A stretch of DNA of 62,782 nt, filler included, from Globobulimina sp. (lineage: Eukaryota): NCBI GenBank assembly GCA_003354225.1. It is 41 parts of 41 records of this genome, joined end to end, with 100 filler letters (N's around TTAATTAATTAA, not from the genome) between each part and the next. Parts side by side here need not be neighbours in the genome. Positions count along the whole stretch, not along the records: positions 12,277 to 13,710 come from PIVH01016737.1; positions 13,811 to 15,244 come from PIVH01016738.1; positions 15,345 to 16,778 come from PIVH01016739.1; positions 16,879 to 18,312 come from PIVH01016740.1; positions 18,413 to 19,846 come from PIVH01016741.1; positions 19,947 to 21,380 come from PIVH01016742.1; positions 21,481 to 22,914 come from PIVH01016743.1; positions 23,015 to 24,448 come from PIVH01016744.1; 33 more parts are not named here. The stretch is one strand, 5' to 3'. The position numbers and the translations under genes are program-made. Position 1 is the stretch's first letter, and the number at the start of each line of letters is the position of its first letter. The notes below the pieces were generated by a model, which was given only the letters and a program-made list of their open reading frames with translations, was not told the origin of the DNA and made no database searches. Of this stretch, positions 12,277 through 24,548 are shown piece by piece.

Positions 12277-13710
12277 GAATAACGGCCCGACTTTCTCCAC
12301 TACGCTAATGTACACGTTTGCGTCCTCGATGCGCATCAATACCCAGTTATCGTCCACAAAGCTCGCTGTGCCGTGAATGTCGAAATCGGGCTTGATTTGC
12401 CTGCATTTTGCCATGACTCGCTCGTTGAATGCCTTGGATACCACCCCCGTGATGGCGTTACTTGTTACCACTCCCTGCCCCAAACCCTGCTCGTTATCAA
12501 TGGTGTGCCCTTTAGGCAGATATGCCTTATATGCTTTATGATACATCTGATATGCCTGGGGATACATGGCAGGGACTCGGTCGTATAGAGTGTCCAACAT
12601 TACCTTCCTACTGACGTTATTAAAATAGTTCTTCCAGTCAGTTTGTAAAATGATCCTTTCAGGATTCGCCATGATATTCTTCCTCGCCATCTCCATTCCT
12701 AACACCATGCCTTGTGCCCCGGACTTAGCTTCACATATTAGCGTAACATCAGTGGCCGCTTTGAGTTGTTCACTCCCAGCGTCCTTGCCAATCATTGCTG
12801 CAATGGTTGTGATTGAATTGCATACGGTGATGGGCCGGATATCGCATATAATGCCATTATTCGCCTTGTTGGCGGGTACAAGCTTGGCTCCGTAAATGTA
12901 GGCGGACACTTCCTCGTTAATGCGCCCGTTGCAGATAAGTAGGAATAAAGCAGTGAGTGCCTTCTTCAGTTCTGTGCCGGCGCGATTATTCCACATTTGC
13001 TCCATATGGTTGTTGGATATACCAATAAGGCCCGCGGATGCGCATATATTTAATTTCTTAATGTTCTTTGTGATATTTTCTACATCAATGGTCGACACGC
13101 CATGCTTACTCGTTAACTTTCGAGGCGCCACAGGGTTACCTTTGGGGAATTTCGATCGTAAAAGAGCTAACTTGGCCGGGTCATCCATATCGGCTACGCC
13201 TTTGCTGTCAATCATACGTAACGCGTCTTTTGTGTGTCCTTCTTCGAGTAATTTCTTAATGCGCCGTCTTGTGTATTTATCTAGGCCGCTGGGGTCTTGT
13301 TGTTGTTTTGGTGTTTGATGTTTGTTTTTATTGTTCTTGTTATTTTCTTCGTTTTCTTTTTTGGCGGCAACGAGTTCCTGGAACATTCGGAGTGTGTCGC
13401 CCTTCATGATCCGTTTTACGCGTTCCTCCAATTTGTTAATATTGCGGTTGGTATTGCTACGTCCGCCACGTTTGAACTTTGCGAGGCAAACCCGCGCAAA
13501 CATCGCCATTTCCAACCATGATTGCAGGTCATTTTTATTTACGACGTTCCAAATACAATGACAGAACGCCTTAATTACTAATTTACTTAATCGAATGGGT
13601 ATGTTGTCCATCCACCGTAATTTGCTGAACCATATCTCATAAAACGACGGGATATTAACCACTTCAATGCCCACAAATGAGTCTGGGGCTTCAATACCGT
13701 CATCTTCTTT
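12277..13710 (-). mobile_element. Non-LTR retrotransposon RT fragment, CRE/RLE-like clade
   Basis: LRSKFP, GAKLVPANK..DIRPITV, QTDWKNYFNNVSR, QGLGQG, SFVDDNW; open across the whole contig. Confidence 0.8.
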
Positions 13711-13810
13711 NNNNNNNNNNNNNNNNNNNNNNNNNNNNNNNNNNNNNNNNNNNNTTAATTAATTAANNNNNNNNNNNNNNNNNNNNNNNNNNNNNNNNNN
13801 NNNNNNNNNN

Positions 13811-13924
13811 TTTGCGGTATGTACATGAATATAAGCGATATATTTGATATATGGATAACGGGGAATAAATGCAGAGGAATACAATCAATGTGATGATAAC
13901 CAATATGTTTTCAAATGATGTCAT
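13811..13924 (-). CDS. N-terminal TM helix of a putative multi-pass/7TM protein (fragment)
   Basis: MTSFENILVIITLIVFLCIYSPLSIYQIYRLY, then contig end. Confidence 0.35.
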
Positions 13925-15060
13925 GTTAATCTTACAATTCCTCCTCTTCCTCTTCCTCTTCCTCTTCCTCCACTTCATCGTCGTCCCACGGCACAGAAAC
14001 CGGCACATCTTCGGCCATATTTGCTTTTAATTCTCAGTTTGAGTCCGCGGCCAAGAAGAGCCTCTCAGCAATTCGGACGACAATGTCTCGTGTGTATAAA
14101 ATATAAATAAACTCAACGACCAAATTAAATACATAAAAAACAAACCGTACTTTGGATAGTGACATTTCGGAGCCATGGCCATGGCCACTAAAGCTTAAAG
14201 TTTTTGGCATTCAACAAAATCAAACAAAAAAGAAAAAGAAAAAGAAAAAGAATATAACAGAAAACTTAACAGTGCGAAATATAGCGTAACCAGCACAAAC
14301 AAAACCATTTGAATATGATTAATATGTACACACAAAAATATATACAACAAGAATGAAGATCCAGATAATTGCAATTGAATTCATAAACCATTAAAAATAT
14401 GAATAATATGTTTTTATAATTCATAACATGTACAACCATGCAATATAATAAATATAAATGAAGAAATTAAATATGAACAAGAATGAAAATCCAGATAAAA
14501 TTTAATGAAATAAACGTTAGGTTATCGAGGAAGCCTCAGCCGAATTAAAAACCGGTCAGGCACTGAGTTGTAAAGAAAAGAAAAGGCATGACCCAAACTT
14601 CTAATCTAGTTGCGACCAGTATGCCGATAAACGTTTAATCCATTTTTTTATCCACATTTTTTTGTCAATTCCAATTATTTTTAAAAACAACGATGAAACA
14701 GTTAGTATTAAACAAATTAATCAATGGACAAAATCGCTGGATGTTGATGATGTGTTATCATTGCAACAGAAATATTTAATTATGAAAAATCAATCAAATA
14801 ATGGTACCGGTACCGATGTTAATGATTTATGGCAAATATTATTTGATTTAATTCAAATTTCAAAATGTATATAAAATGTATATATAGTGACTAATCCAAT
14901 CAATGCAAAAGTAAAGAAGAGCCGAGAAGATGAAGTTTTTTTTACGGCACAGATTAAAAACAACTTTAATAAACAAATCTTTTAATTTAACTACCTTAGT
15001 CGAATTAGCAGTCACAAACAACCGGCAACTGCCAGCCACAACATATCCCCACCACTCACC

Positions 15061-15102
15061 ACCACCACACCCCTCCGCACCACCACACCCCTCCGCACCA
15101 CC
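15061..15102 (+). repeat. 18-bp C-rich tandem repeat (ACCACCACACCCCTCCGC x2 plus partial)
   Basis: Read directly from the sequence. Confidence 0.85.
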
Positions 15103-15817
15103 CACCACCACTCACAACCGCCAGCCAAATCCATTATCAATGTATTCAAATCGATCTGCAAAAGTTTCAATATACAAAACCAACCAATCAAGAAACAACT
15201 TATTTTACATTTTGTGCTAGTCATAAAACACAATTATTATAAGCNNNNNNNNNNNNNNNNNNNNNNNNNNNNNNNNNNNNNNNNNNNNTTAATTAATTAA
15301 NNNNNNNNNNNNNNNNNNNNNNNNNNNNNNNNNNNNNNNNNNNNTTTTGTTAACTGTGTTTCATAAGTTCTTTTTTCTTGCGTGCTTTTATTTGTGTGTA
15401 TTATTGTATTTTCAGTACATTTGTGATTTGTGAAATAAAATAATCCGACCATGTTGCTGACTAAGTTCAGCTTTGACATAATTACGACGTACATGTGCGT
15501 GTCCACTGATTATTCGTTTTTGTTCAGAAACACTCCAAATGTTAATTGTAATTTACACCAAAAACAGGATCATATTGTCAGTAGAAATAAGAAACTATAT
15601 TCCATCATTTCCATGGACAAAAAAAATAGGTATAAGGTATAATTAATGATTGTAATTCATGGTTGTACACTACACACAAAAAAAAAAACGTAAAAAACAA
15701 TAAAGTATACGGATATCGATACAAACAGAAGGACACAAAACACGTAACAACAAGCAAAGGCAATCATATATCACGCACGTGATATCACGCAAAAAATATA
15801 TATAATTGCTAGCAAAG

Positions 15818-16700
15818 TCATGATTCAATATTTGTTTTAAAAAATAAAATCTTAAATTTTGAATATCTTAAATCCAATAAACGAAAAATTTCCCACATAG
15901 CAGAATTAAACAAATCCAAATAAATATGTTTTAATTCTGTTTGTGTTTTGTTGGCATTCTTATCATTAAAAAACTGAGTTAATTCCTGACGAACGTCCCA
16001 AGAAATATTAATTGTTTCGTCGCCGGCGGACGATATATATTTATTGTATATCTTAAATGAAATATCACTCATATTTCCTTTATCTATTTGTTTAATATAA
16101 TCATTTTTTAATTGATGCAAATAATTAAATTTCAAATCAAATAAGCGGTGCTCGGACTTTCTTGTTTGAGTATCTTCCAATGATAGCAATAAAGCATCAT
16201 GAAATATTAAAATTGATTCCAAAAATCTTAAATTTTCAATACATAACGAGTCAGTCTGATGGGCAAAGTGAACTACATTTTTATATGTTGTACATAAGAC
16301 ATATATACGTAACTAAATATGTTGCAAATTTATTGTAATGTTTATAATCTGCCAGAAATTCAATTAAATCAACTTTCATTGATGAACCAATCTTTCTGCG
16401 TTGATTTCGTCTCAATTTTAGTTTTAATTTTGTTAAATAACCCAACATAGTTTTAGTAGCGAGTGAGACTGCTGACATTGGCTTTGATTTGAATTTAAGA
16501 GGACCTTGCTTTTTGTACTGCTTTTCAATTTATTTAGAGACTTCACTTGTAGACAATATGTATAATAAACGTATGTATACGCAACCAACAACAAAAATAT
16601 TGCCGAATAATAATAAATTTACTAAAAAATATGGATAAAATGTGGCGTAAATAAATACAAACAAAACATCAATAAAACATAAATCTATTAATGTCTATTT
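15818..16700 (-). CDS. Membrane-linked RGS-domain protein (likely 7TM-RGS type), 3' part; intron 16256-16313 and a further upstream intron
   Basis: Spliced FATYL|TDSLCIENLRFL..IYNKYI..TINISWDVR..LFNSAMWEIFRLL is an RGS box; upstream exon encodes a TM helix LCFIDVLFVFIYATFYPYFL. Confidence 0.8.
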
Positions 16701-16878
16701 GATAATTGATAACAAAATAATTCAGAAAAAAAAAATAATAATAATAATAACAAAATTATTACAAAATGCTGTTACAATNNNNNNNNNNNNNNNNNNNNNN
16801 NNNNNNNNNNNNNNNNNNNNNNTTAATTAATTAANNNNNNNNNNNNNNNNNNNNNNNNNNNNNNNNNNNNNNNNNNNN

Positions 16879-17390
16879 CCATACTTTGTCATTTCTTTTT
16901 TATTTCTGTTGTTTCGCGCTGATACAAAACAGTCCGATACATCGCAGCTAAAACCATATAAATTATTATTATTAAAATATCCAAAGATATTTCGATTTGA
17001 ATGCACACAAAAACGGTAATCACTTAAAAACGCATTCAAATCATACTTTACATCCAATTCATTCACAATAATATCCCGCATATTTGTTATTATCATCCCG
17101 CTCTTTGAATTGTCAGTGTCTTGCTTCAATTCAATCCATTTCGCATAAATTCTTAAGATGAAAATCATTCGTTGCACGCACTCTGTTTCATTAATTGCTT
17201 TTTCTTTATTTATTTTGAATAATGCTTTATTTTTACGGTAATCGTTAACCATTTGAAGGGCTTTAAATATGTCCATTTTCGGGTTTTTCTTTTGTGTTTT
17301 TTGTTGCTGTATATATTTTAACATTTGTGCATTTGGCATGTTTTGATGCATTTTTTTACTTAAATTAACCTTTGATTCTGTGTTACCCAT
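16879..17390 (-). CDS. Hypothetical protein with N-myristoylation-like start, 3' truncated
   Basis: MGNTES (MGxxxS); ORF runs off the contig. Confidence 0.5.
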
Positions 17391-17536
17391 AATTTATTGA
17401 TGTGAAGCGCACAACAATTAAATGTGTGTTGTTTGTGGTGTGTAGTATCGCCTTCGTCAACGTTTAGTTAGAAATTGAAGCTAGTCATCCAAAAACACTG
17501 CACACCTCACAAAAACCCAGATAAAAATACATACAC

Positions 17537-18240
17537 ATGATCTCAACTGGTACCGTGAGAAAACGAACAGGATTATCAAGACATTTTCCCACTGATAAAA
17601 CTAGCACCAAACCAACACCAAAACAGCAATATGATCCAACATTACATTTTTGGTTGCTCGGCGTAATATGTTTTATCATTGTCATGATTATGCTGATCAC
17701 ACTGTTTTATGCACCAAAACGCCCAAAACATTCTAAACTATCACAAGTATTTGATGCGTATTTGTCTGACACTGAAATATATGAAATTAATTTCGATGCG
17801 CCGCCAGAATTTATTCAGCATATCATAAGCAACCCAAATGAGCAAAATTTGCAACAAAGTATTAATAAATTTTATGGAGATACGCATTCGACAATAATTG
17901 TCAACGATGGATGGGAATTACTCGTTGAAGGAGCGAACTTAAATAAGCCGGGTTTGGTATGCAAAGATGTTGGATGTCTAATTAGCATCAAATTAGTTAA
18001 TGTCATGGATAAAATTGAGAGCAACACAAGTAATTTGCATGCAGCCTTATCATATTTGATAAGTAACGAAGAAAATACAATGGGTATCGCTAAAATATGG
18101 ATCGATACGAATGAAAAAGTTAATTTAAATCGACATGATCACAGTGGTCAAACTCTAGATGCTTTCAATAAAAATACAAAAGCTGTGACAAAATTGGTGG
18201 ATTGGAGAGTAAGCACAAATAACTTTGTAGCAAACGATGA
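17537..18240 (+). CDS. Type II single-pass membrane protein, unknown function
   Basis: Short basic N-terminus, one TM (FWLLGVICFIIVMIMLITLFY), then a lumenal domain. Confidence 0.55.
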
Positions 18241-18312
18241 AGAGAGAGGGATGGGTTTAGGGCTTTGCGTTTCTCATGATATTATCAAAAGGCACGGAGG
18301 TACATTAACGGT
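18241..18312 (+). other. Bacterial histidine-kinase HATPase C-terminal fragment (probable chimeric join)
   Basis: ERGMGLGLCVSHDIIKRHGGTLT matches the G2 box GxGLGL..II..HGG. Confidence 0.6.
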
Positions 18313-18412
18313 NNNNNNNNNNNNNNNNNNNNNNNNNNNNNNNNNNNNNNNNNNNNTTAATTAATTAANNNNNNNNNNNNNNNNNNNNNNNNNNNNNNNN
18401 NNNNNNNNNNNN

Positions 18413-19059
18413 CCAACGGTGTGATGGATTTAGCATCAAAAGTTGCTGTAACCACTACATTATCGGCTGCAAGCGGTGGGTTGTGTTGTGCTGCGATAGC
18501 AAGAATAACAGAAAATTCATGGCATATTCCACGTGTTATAAATGGTATATTAGCAGCATTAGTATCTATTACCGCCGGTTGTGCTGTGGTATCACCAGGT
18601 TTTGCCATATTAATTGGGTTTGTGGGAGGTTTCATATATTATGGAGTCTCGAAGTTAATTGAATATCTTAAAATTGATGATCCGTTGGATGCATTTGCAG
18701 TTCATGGATGTGGTGGTATGTGGGGCACCCTATCGGTTGGTATATTTGGTTTGGATAAATATGTGAAGTTCGCAGGCTATGGAGAAGCATTATATGCTGA
18801 TACAAGTCAAGGAGAAAGATTTGCCACTCAGTTATGTTTAGTTGCAAGTGTGGCAGCGTGGACATTGACAAATGCTGCGATATTGTTTGGCGCAATGAAT
18901 TTTTTAGGAATATTACGGATCGATGAATCAATTGAAAGGAGCGGTATTGACATTCATGAGCATGGTGGATCTGCATTAAATATAGGAAAAACAAATGTTA
19001 ATTTTGGTGGTGACGATACAGAGCGTCTAGAAACAATTGTCGATGATGAAGAGTTGTAG
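18413..19059 (+). CDS. AMT: Ammonium transporter (Amt), C-terminal half, copy A
   Basis: TTLSAA, NGILAALVSITAGC, IDDPLDAFAVHGCGGMWG, LRI..E..GID..EHG. Confidence 0.95.
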
Positions 19060-19157
19060 ATACTTCTACAAATAACAAGTAACATATCATATAGTTTATT
19101 TTACATAAGTAATTATTATAATAAGTACGTAATATTAAAATCAGAATCATTTTTTGT

Positions 19158-19846
19158 TCATGGTTTTTCCTCTTGAATTTCTTCTTGTAATTTATTTGTA
19201 AGATCTTGGATTTCCTCCTCATTAGAAATATTTGGAACAGCCATCTTCCGCGTCGAATAAACTTTACTCATTGCATACCCTTTTCCGCCATGCTCAGCTT
19301 GATCTAATCCAGATTTTTCTTCTTCAACATCAATCCTTAATCTTTTTGTTAAGTTTAAAGCACCAAACATAAGGATGGCCCATATCGATGTCCACGCCGC
19401 GATAACAACTGCAGCCATCACTTGTATGCCTAAGCGATACACTTGCGATAAATTAACAACTTCGTCACTATAACCAGCAAATGCAATATCTGCTTTATCG
19501 TAGGCAAATATCCCAACTGATATCACACCAAAAAAACCACACGCTCCATGGACACTGAATGCATCCAATGGGTCATCTACTTTTAATTTGGATAATAAGT
19601 TTGAAGCACACCAATAAATAACACCACCTGTGCCACCAATACATATTGCTGCCCATGGTTTAACCACTGCGCAAGGTGCAGTTATCGACACCAATCCCGC
19701 TAATACACCGTTACATACTGCCGGGATCATCCATATGTCGGATGATAAGCGTTCAATGAGTGCGACTGTAGCACCTCCCATGGCAGCCGACAATGTAGTA
19801 TTTACTGCAACTTTCGAAGCTAATGTCATCAAATAATTTGCACCTA
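19158..19846 (-). CDS. AMT: Ammonium transporter (Amt), C-terminal half, copy B
   Basis: NTTLSAA, NGVLAGLVSITA, VDDPLDAFSVHGACG, LRID.EEE.SGLDQAEHG. Confidence 0.95.
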
Positions 19847-20049
19847 NNNNNNNNNNNNNNNNNNNNNNNNNNNNNNNNNNNNNNNNNNNNTTAATTAATT
19901 AANNNNNNNNNNNNNNNNNNNNNNNNNNNNNNNNNNNNNNNNNNNNAATGAGATACTGCCGTCGTCGTTTACTGCGTTGCAGGACATCCAAACCACGAAG
20001 ACCCGCAGCGATAAACAGTCAGAGTACTCAAGACGAGGACCGCTTTGCT

Positions 20050-21202
20050 GATGAGTTTATTGTCGGATTCTCGCTAATATCGACGGATAATAATAAGACT
20101 GACAAACGATATAATAATGCATATTTGCATCAAAGTGTCAGTTTTATGCACCAAAAACACCATAATTCGTATAATACATTTAAGGAAAAGTACAAATGGA
20201 ATGAGAAAATAATATCGTTATTGGCAGATTCTTTTTTTCTTGGAATTTGTCAGAAAATTATTTTAATTCTATCCTGTGATGATAACCAATTTTTGCGTAT
20301 CGATCCGAACAGAAAATGCTGGGATGCTGACCACAAATTATATGCCTGCGTTGCTTTGATTTTATTGGGATTTTACATCCCGATTTGTGCCATGATAGGT
20401 TTGTAAATTGTAATATATATTCCATTGAATTGTAATTTTATTTAATTTGCATATAAAACCACAAAAAGCTCCCATGTTTCAGGAAGACTTTGAATTTGAT
20501 GAGAAAGAGGAAGAGGAAAAGGCAAAAAAGAGATGTTTTTGTTGTAAGAAAAAGGAGGAAGAGGAAGAAGAAGAAGAAGAAAAAGAAGAATTCGAAGGAG
20601 AGCCATCCGCCTTTAAACAGTTTGTGTCGTTTTCCAATACCATCGCTTATGTCGCTCCATATATGTCTGCCTTCACTGTGATGCAATGTTTTATGTTAAT
20701 TTCATCAGAGTTTGTGTCCAAAGGTGGCGAATATGGAACAATTATGTCGCAGTCGATTGCCATGATCGGATTGTTATGGTTTACAATAAGTTGGTCCTTT
20801 CATGATTTGAATAAATACGGATTGACGCAGAATGAGCCGGCTTTTCCTTTTGGAATCAGTGTGATTAAAATATTGGCATTCTTTTGTGGTTTCATTGGCT
20901 GCATTTTGGAGATATTGCGCTTCAATAAAATCATTGACATTGTTTTGGAGTTATTTCTGTTGTTTGTTTTGATTACAATGTTTTCCATTATATTTGGCAT
21001 TGTCTTTTTAAAATATCACACATTTTTTAATCCATTGGATGACGATTTGGACATTGGAGTCATGGTTAAATTTAATAAAATGGTGAAATCGATGAAGATA
21101 ATCGATTTGGATCCAAATAAAGAAAGAATAAAACCATTATTATTGAAAGAAAAAAATAAAGAAACTGCAGTTGATGAAAAAATTATAATTCCATGGCAAT
21201 AA
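20050..21202 (+). CDS. C-terminal multi-TM region of a large membrane protein; intron 20399-20468
   Basis: LSC..FLRIDPNRKCW..H...ALILLGFYIPICAMI|APMF followed by several TM helices; intron restores the frame. Confidence 0.6.
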
Positions 21203-21578
21203 CAACGGAATTAATCAACGCCTTAATTTGTAAAGCTTGTTATATATTTTTGTTTGCACTGTACATATTAGATAAACTTTAGACGACGTTAAGCTAACTG
21301 TTGCATATAACATTGTTATATCGATTTAGAATCGGTTTCTGTGAAAAGAGTTTGTTTTTGTTGTATATATATATATTCAGNNNNNNNNNNNNNNNNNNNN
21401 NNNNNNNNNNNNNNNNNNNNNNNNTTAATTAATTAANNNNNNNNNNNNNNNNNNNNNNNNNNNNNNNNNNNNNNNNNNNNAACAAAATGTCGAATGGCTT
21501 GACAGAGTTAATGAGAAATATGGTGCTAGAATACAATTAATCACATATCAATTATTAATTGAACGTATTATCAACGCA

Positions 21579-22340
21579 TTGAATGCGCGTAATCGATCGA
21601 ATGAAATATTTTTAATGGTTGATAAGTATTTGGAAACGTCTGCTAAATATTCATTGGAAAACATAAGGAACATACCTTTAAAAAACGAGGAAGCATTAAT
21701 TAAATCATGGCCAATGTACTTATATGGAACTGATAAACAGGGACACCCGGTATTTTATGATGATGTGGGTTCATTAGATTTAGCCAAAGTTATCACAACT
21801 TTCAGTAACACAGCAAATGATAATTATAAGCATGAGCTTACGGAGCAGGATGAAGAGAGGAAAATGTTGGAGTTGTGTCTCCAATTTAGATGCAAATTTT
21901 ATGCGAAAATGTCATTTTTTAAGCAACTGCAATCCGAGAAATATAATACAACAATTTTTAAACATATTTTAGTGATGGATTTGTCGAATTTTTCATATTT
22001 AAGGATAGCAACAAATCTATCATCGTATGCAAAACTTGCAAGATCTGTGTTGAGTGAAGAACAGATGTTATATCCAGAGGCATTGTATAAGTTATATTTA
22101 ATAAATTGTCCATGGACATTCACGATTTGTTGGAAGATACTAAGTAGTTTTATTGATGAAAAAACAATTGCAAAAATTAAATTAATGGGTGCGGATTATT
22201 TAGAAGAAATGTTGAACGATATTGATATTACACAAATTCCAACAAAATATGGAGGGAAAGGAATATGGAAAATAAAATTAAGTTCAATGTATGGTGATAA
22301 TGATCTCATTGATAATAATGATGTCAGTGAATGTGAATAA
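21579..22340 (+). CDS. CRAL-TRIO / Sec14-like lipid-binding protein, 5' partial
   Basis: GTDKQGHPV, VMDLSNFS, YPEALYKLYLINCPWTF..WKI...IDEKTIAKI, IPTKYGG. Confidence 0.93.
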   Translation: MNARNRSNEIFLMVDKYLETSAKYSLENIRNIPLKNEEALIKSWPMYLYGTDKQGHPVFYDDVGSLDLAKVITTFSNTANDNYKHELTEQDEERKMLELCLQFRCKFYAKMSFFKQLQSEKYNTTIFKHILVMDLSNFSYLRIATNLSSYAKLARSVLSEEQMLYPEALYKLYLINCPWTFTICWKILSSFIDEKTIAKIKLMGADYLEEMLNDIDITQIPTKYGGKGIWKIKLSSMYGDNDLIDNNDVSECE

Positions 22341-22524
22341 TATATTGTATACATATACTTGTTTTTGATGGATTCTATTTTTTATATAAATTACTTGCCA
22401 TAGTTTTATCAGAGGTATTAAAAAGATAAACTCCTCTCTATCTCGGAAAGGCCTAATGGTAAACATCTAAACAACACAATTATACCACGCTGTACACGCA
22501 AAAGGAATTATAATTTTAGCTGTT

Positions 22525-22914
22525 TCATTTGTTGTAAATCATTGTCAACGTTTGTTTATCAAATTCGGTGGAAACATTTAAACGGTCAAATTGTTGTTGA
22601 TATTGACCATGCATTTCATTAGCAAATTGATATATAACTATTGTTTGTATTGTCATCCATTTACAATGATTTTTAAAATAAAACAAAATATTGTCCAATA
22701 TGTCATTACAGCAATATTCTGCATCAAATAAAAAATTATTAAGATTTGGATAAAAGCGATTTAATATTCCAATATCAATCCACTGATTGCACGCAAATAT
22801 GTTCTTCAATCCGTCATAATCCTTATTTCTGAACCAATTCAATTTATATTGCTTTTGATTTACTCGATAACGATGCAGCAAGTTACATGCATAATCAGTT
22901 AAACTCGGACATTT
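22525..22914 (-). CDS. C-terminal fragment of a hypothetical protein
   Basis: Open frame from near the contig end to a stop; no family recognised. Confidence 0.35.
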   Translation of the reverse strand, partial: KCPSLTDYACNLLHRYRVNQKQYKLNWFRNKDYDGLKNIFACNQWIDIGILNRFYPNLNNFLFDAEYCCNDILDNILFYFKNHCKWMTIQTIVIYQFANEMHGQYQQQFDRLNVSTEFDKQTLTMIYNK

Positions 22915-23014
22915 NNNNNNNNNNNNNNNNNNNNNNNNNNNNNNNNNNNNNNNNNNNNTTAATTAATTAANNNNNNNNNNNNNNNNNNNNNNNNNNNNNN
23001 NNNNNNNNNNNNNN

Positions 23015-23359
23015 TCGTATAATAATGCGTTGAAATGGATACATGAAATTAAAGAATCTGATAATAAGATTATTATAGCTCTGTGCGGGAATAAATTAGA
23101 TTTATTAAAGGAAAGAAATGTATCCTATGATATGGTGAAGCAGTGGTCAGTGATGAATGATGTGGCTGTATTTGGAGAAACCTCGGCAAAAACCGGCGTG
23201 AATATTGAACAAATGTTTCGACAAATTGGTGATGTGATTGTTAACACGACTCAGGTGAAGAAAATCGGATTTCAACTCGATGAGTGGTTCACCAAAGGTA
23301 CATTGGATGATGTTAAGCATGCTTCTTGTTACTCATATTCATATTGTCAGGTCGTTTAA
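23015..23359 (+). CDS. Rab-family small GTPase, C-terminal half
   Basis: IALCGNKLDL (G4), ETSAKTG.NI (G5), terminal CQVV prenylation motif. Confidence 0.92.
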   Translation, partial: SYNNALKWIHEIKESDNKIIIALCGNKLDLLKERNVSYDMVKQWSVMNDVAVFGETSAKTGVNIEQMFRQIGDVIVNTTQVKKIGFQLDEWFTKGTLDDVKHASCYSYSYCQVV

Positions 23360-23814
23360 GAGTACTTTTTTCCCGTTAATTGTTTCTTTTTTTTCTTATT
23401 TGTAAGTGCCTATTTTTTCTGTAATATGCCTTTGTACTTTAATACTTATATAAATTTACATAGTTATAATTATCATTACACGTAGGTTTGTATATTATAA
23501 AAATATACATTTCCGGCTTGGAATATAGTTTTTGTATACAGTGGTTATGTAAGATATTAATACAATCTGTGTGCACATACTGACGGGATCTAATCTTGCC
23601 TTTCAAAGTGGTCACGCAACAAAAAAAAGCGTGCTAGCTCCTGCCTATATATATAACTTCAAAACTAACCCAAATATAAATAATGATACATTCGTGTAAC
23701 TATAACCAAAACACAACAAACCGATGCATTACGTCGATCTAACATCAGTCCAATCGCTCGCATTATTGGTTTTTACAAAAAAACGATCGAATCAAACAAA
23801 AAAAAAAGAACAAG

Positions 23815-24448
23815 TCAGGAAAATCCTTGGCTCAAATCCAATGAATTTATTCCATTTCGAACAGAACTAATATTCCTATTCGCACGTCCACTCACTTGAC
23901 GTATGGGGCTACAAACATCCATTGGCTCATGATTGGCGCCACAATTATTACTAACATACGCTCCGTAGTATGGATTGATTGGTTTTGTATGATATTTATA
24001 ATTATCATTTGCTTTTTGAAATGGATCATTCACATTTCTCCATTCGTTATTAAATGAATTCTTATTATTTCCATCCACCCCAAACGTCGGAAAAAACGGT
24101 GTTTGCAATGGTGACTGCATATTTTCTTTATTTTCTTCCTGCTCCAAAAGCTTTAACAAATCGCTACTTTCATACGTCTGATTACCTTGTATTCTCTGCT
24201 CAATTTCCACTATTTTCCTGGCTGTTTTCTTACCATTCCCGCATTTACAACAAATTGTAAACAACAAACAGTTAAAAAACATGCCAATTTGCAAGAAAAC
24301 GTTTATTTCCTCTGACATAAAACCACTGTCATAGTCATACACAGCGACAACAATCGGTAGTAATATCAATAAAATGCATTCAAACAACAACAAAAGATAG
24401 AAGAAATTGTTATGTTTATTGCTATCATAAGATATAAAGATAAATATC
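23815..24448 (-). CDS. Hypothetical membrane protein, C-terminal part
   Basis: Two hydrophobic segments followed by a disordered tail. Confidence 0.45.
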
Positions 24449-24548
24449 NNNNNNNNNNNNNNNNNNNNNNNNNNNNNNNNNNNNNNNNNNNNTTAATTAA
24501 TTAANNNNNNNNNNNNNNNNNNNNNNNNNNNNNNNNNNNNNNNNNNNN

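Noticed and set aside
13930..14090. Possible hammerhead ribozyme near a GC-rich hairpin upstream of a poly-Glu mini-ORF
   Set aside because: The CTGAGAG core does not match CUGANGA and no correctly placed GAAA is present.
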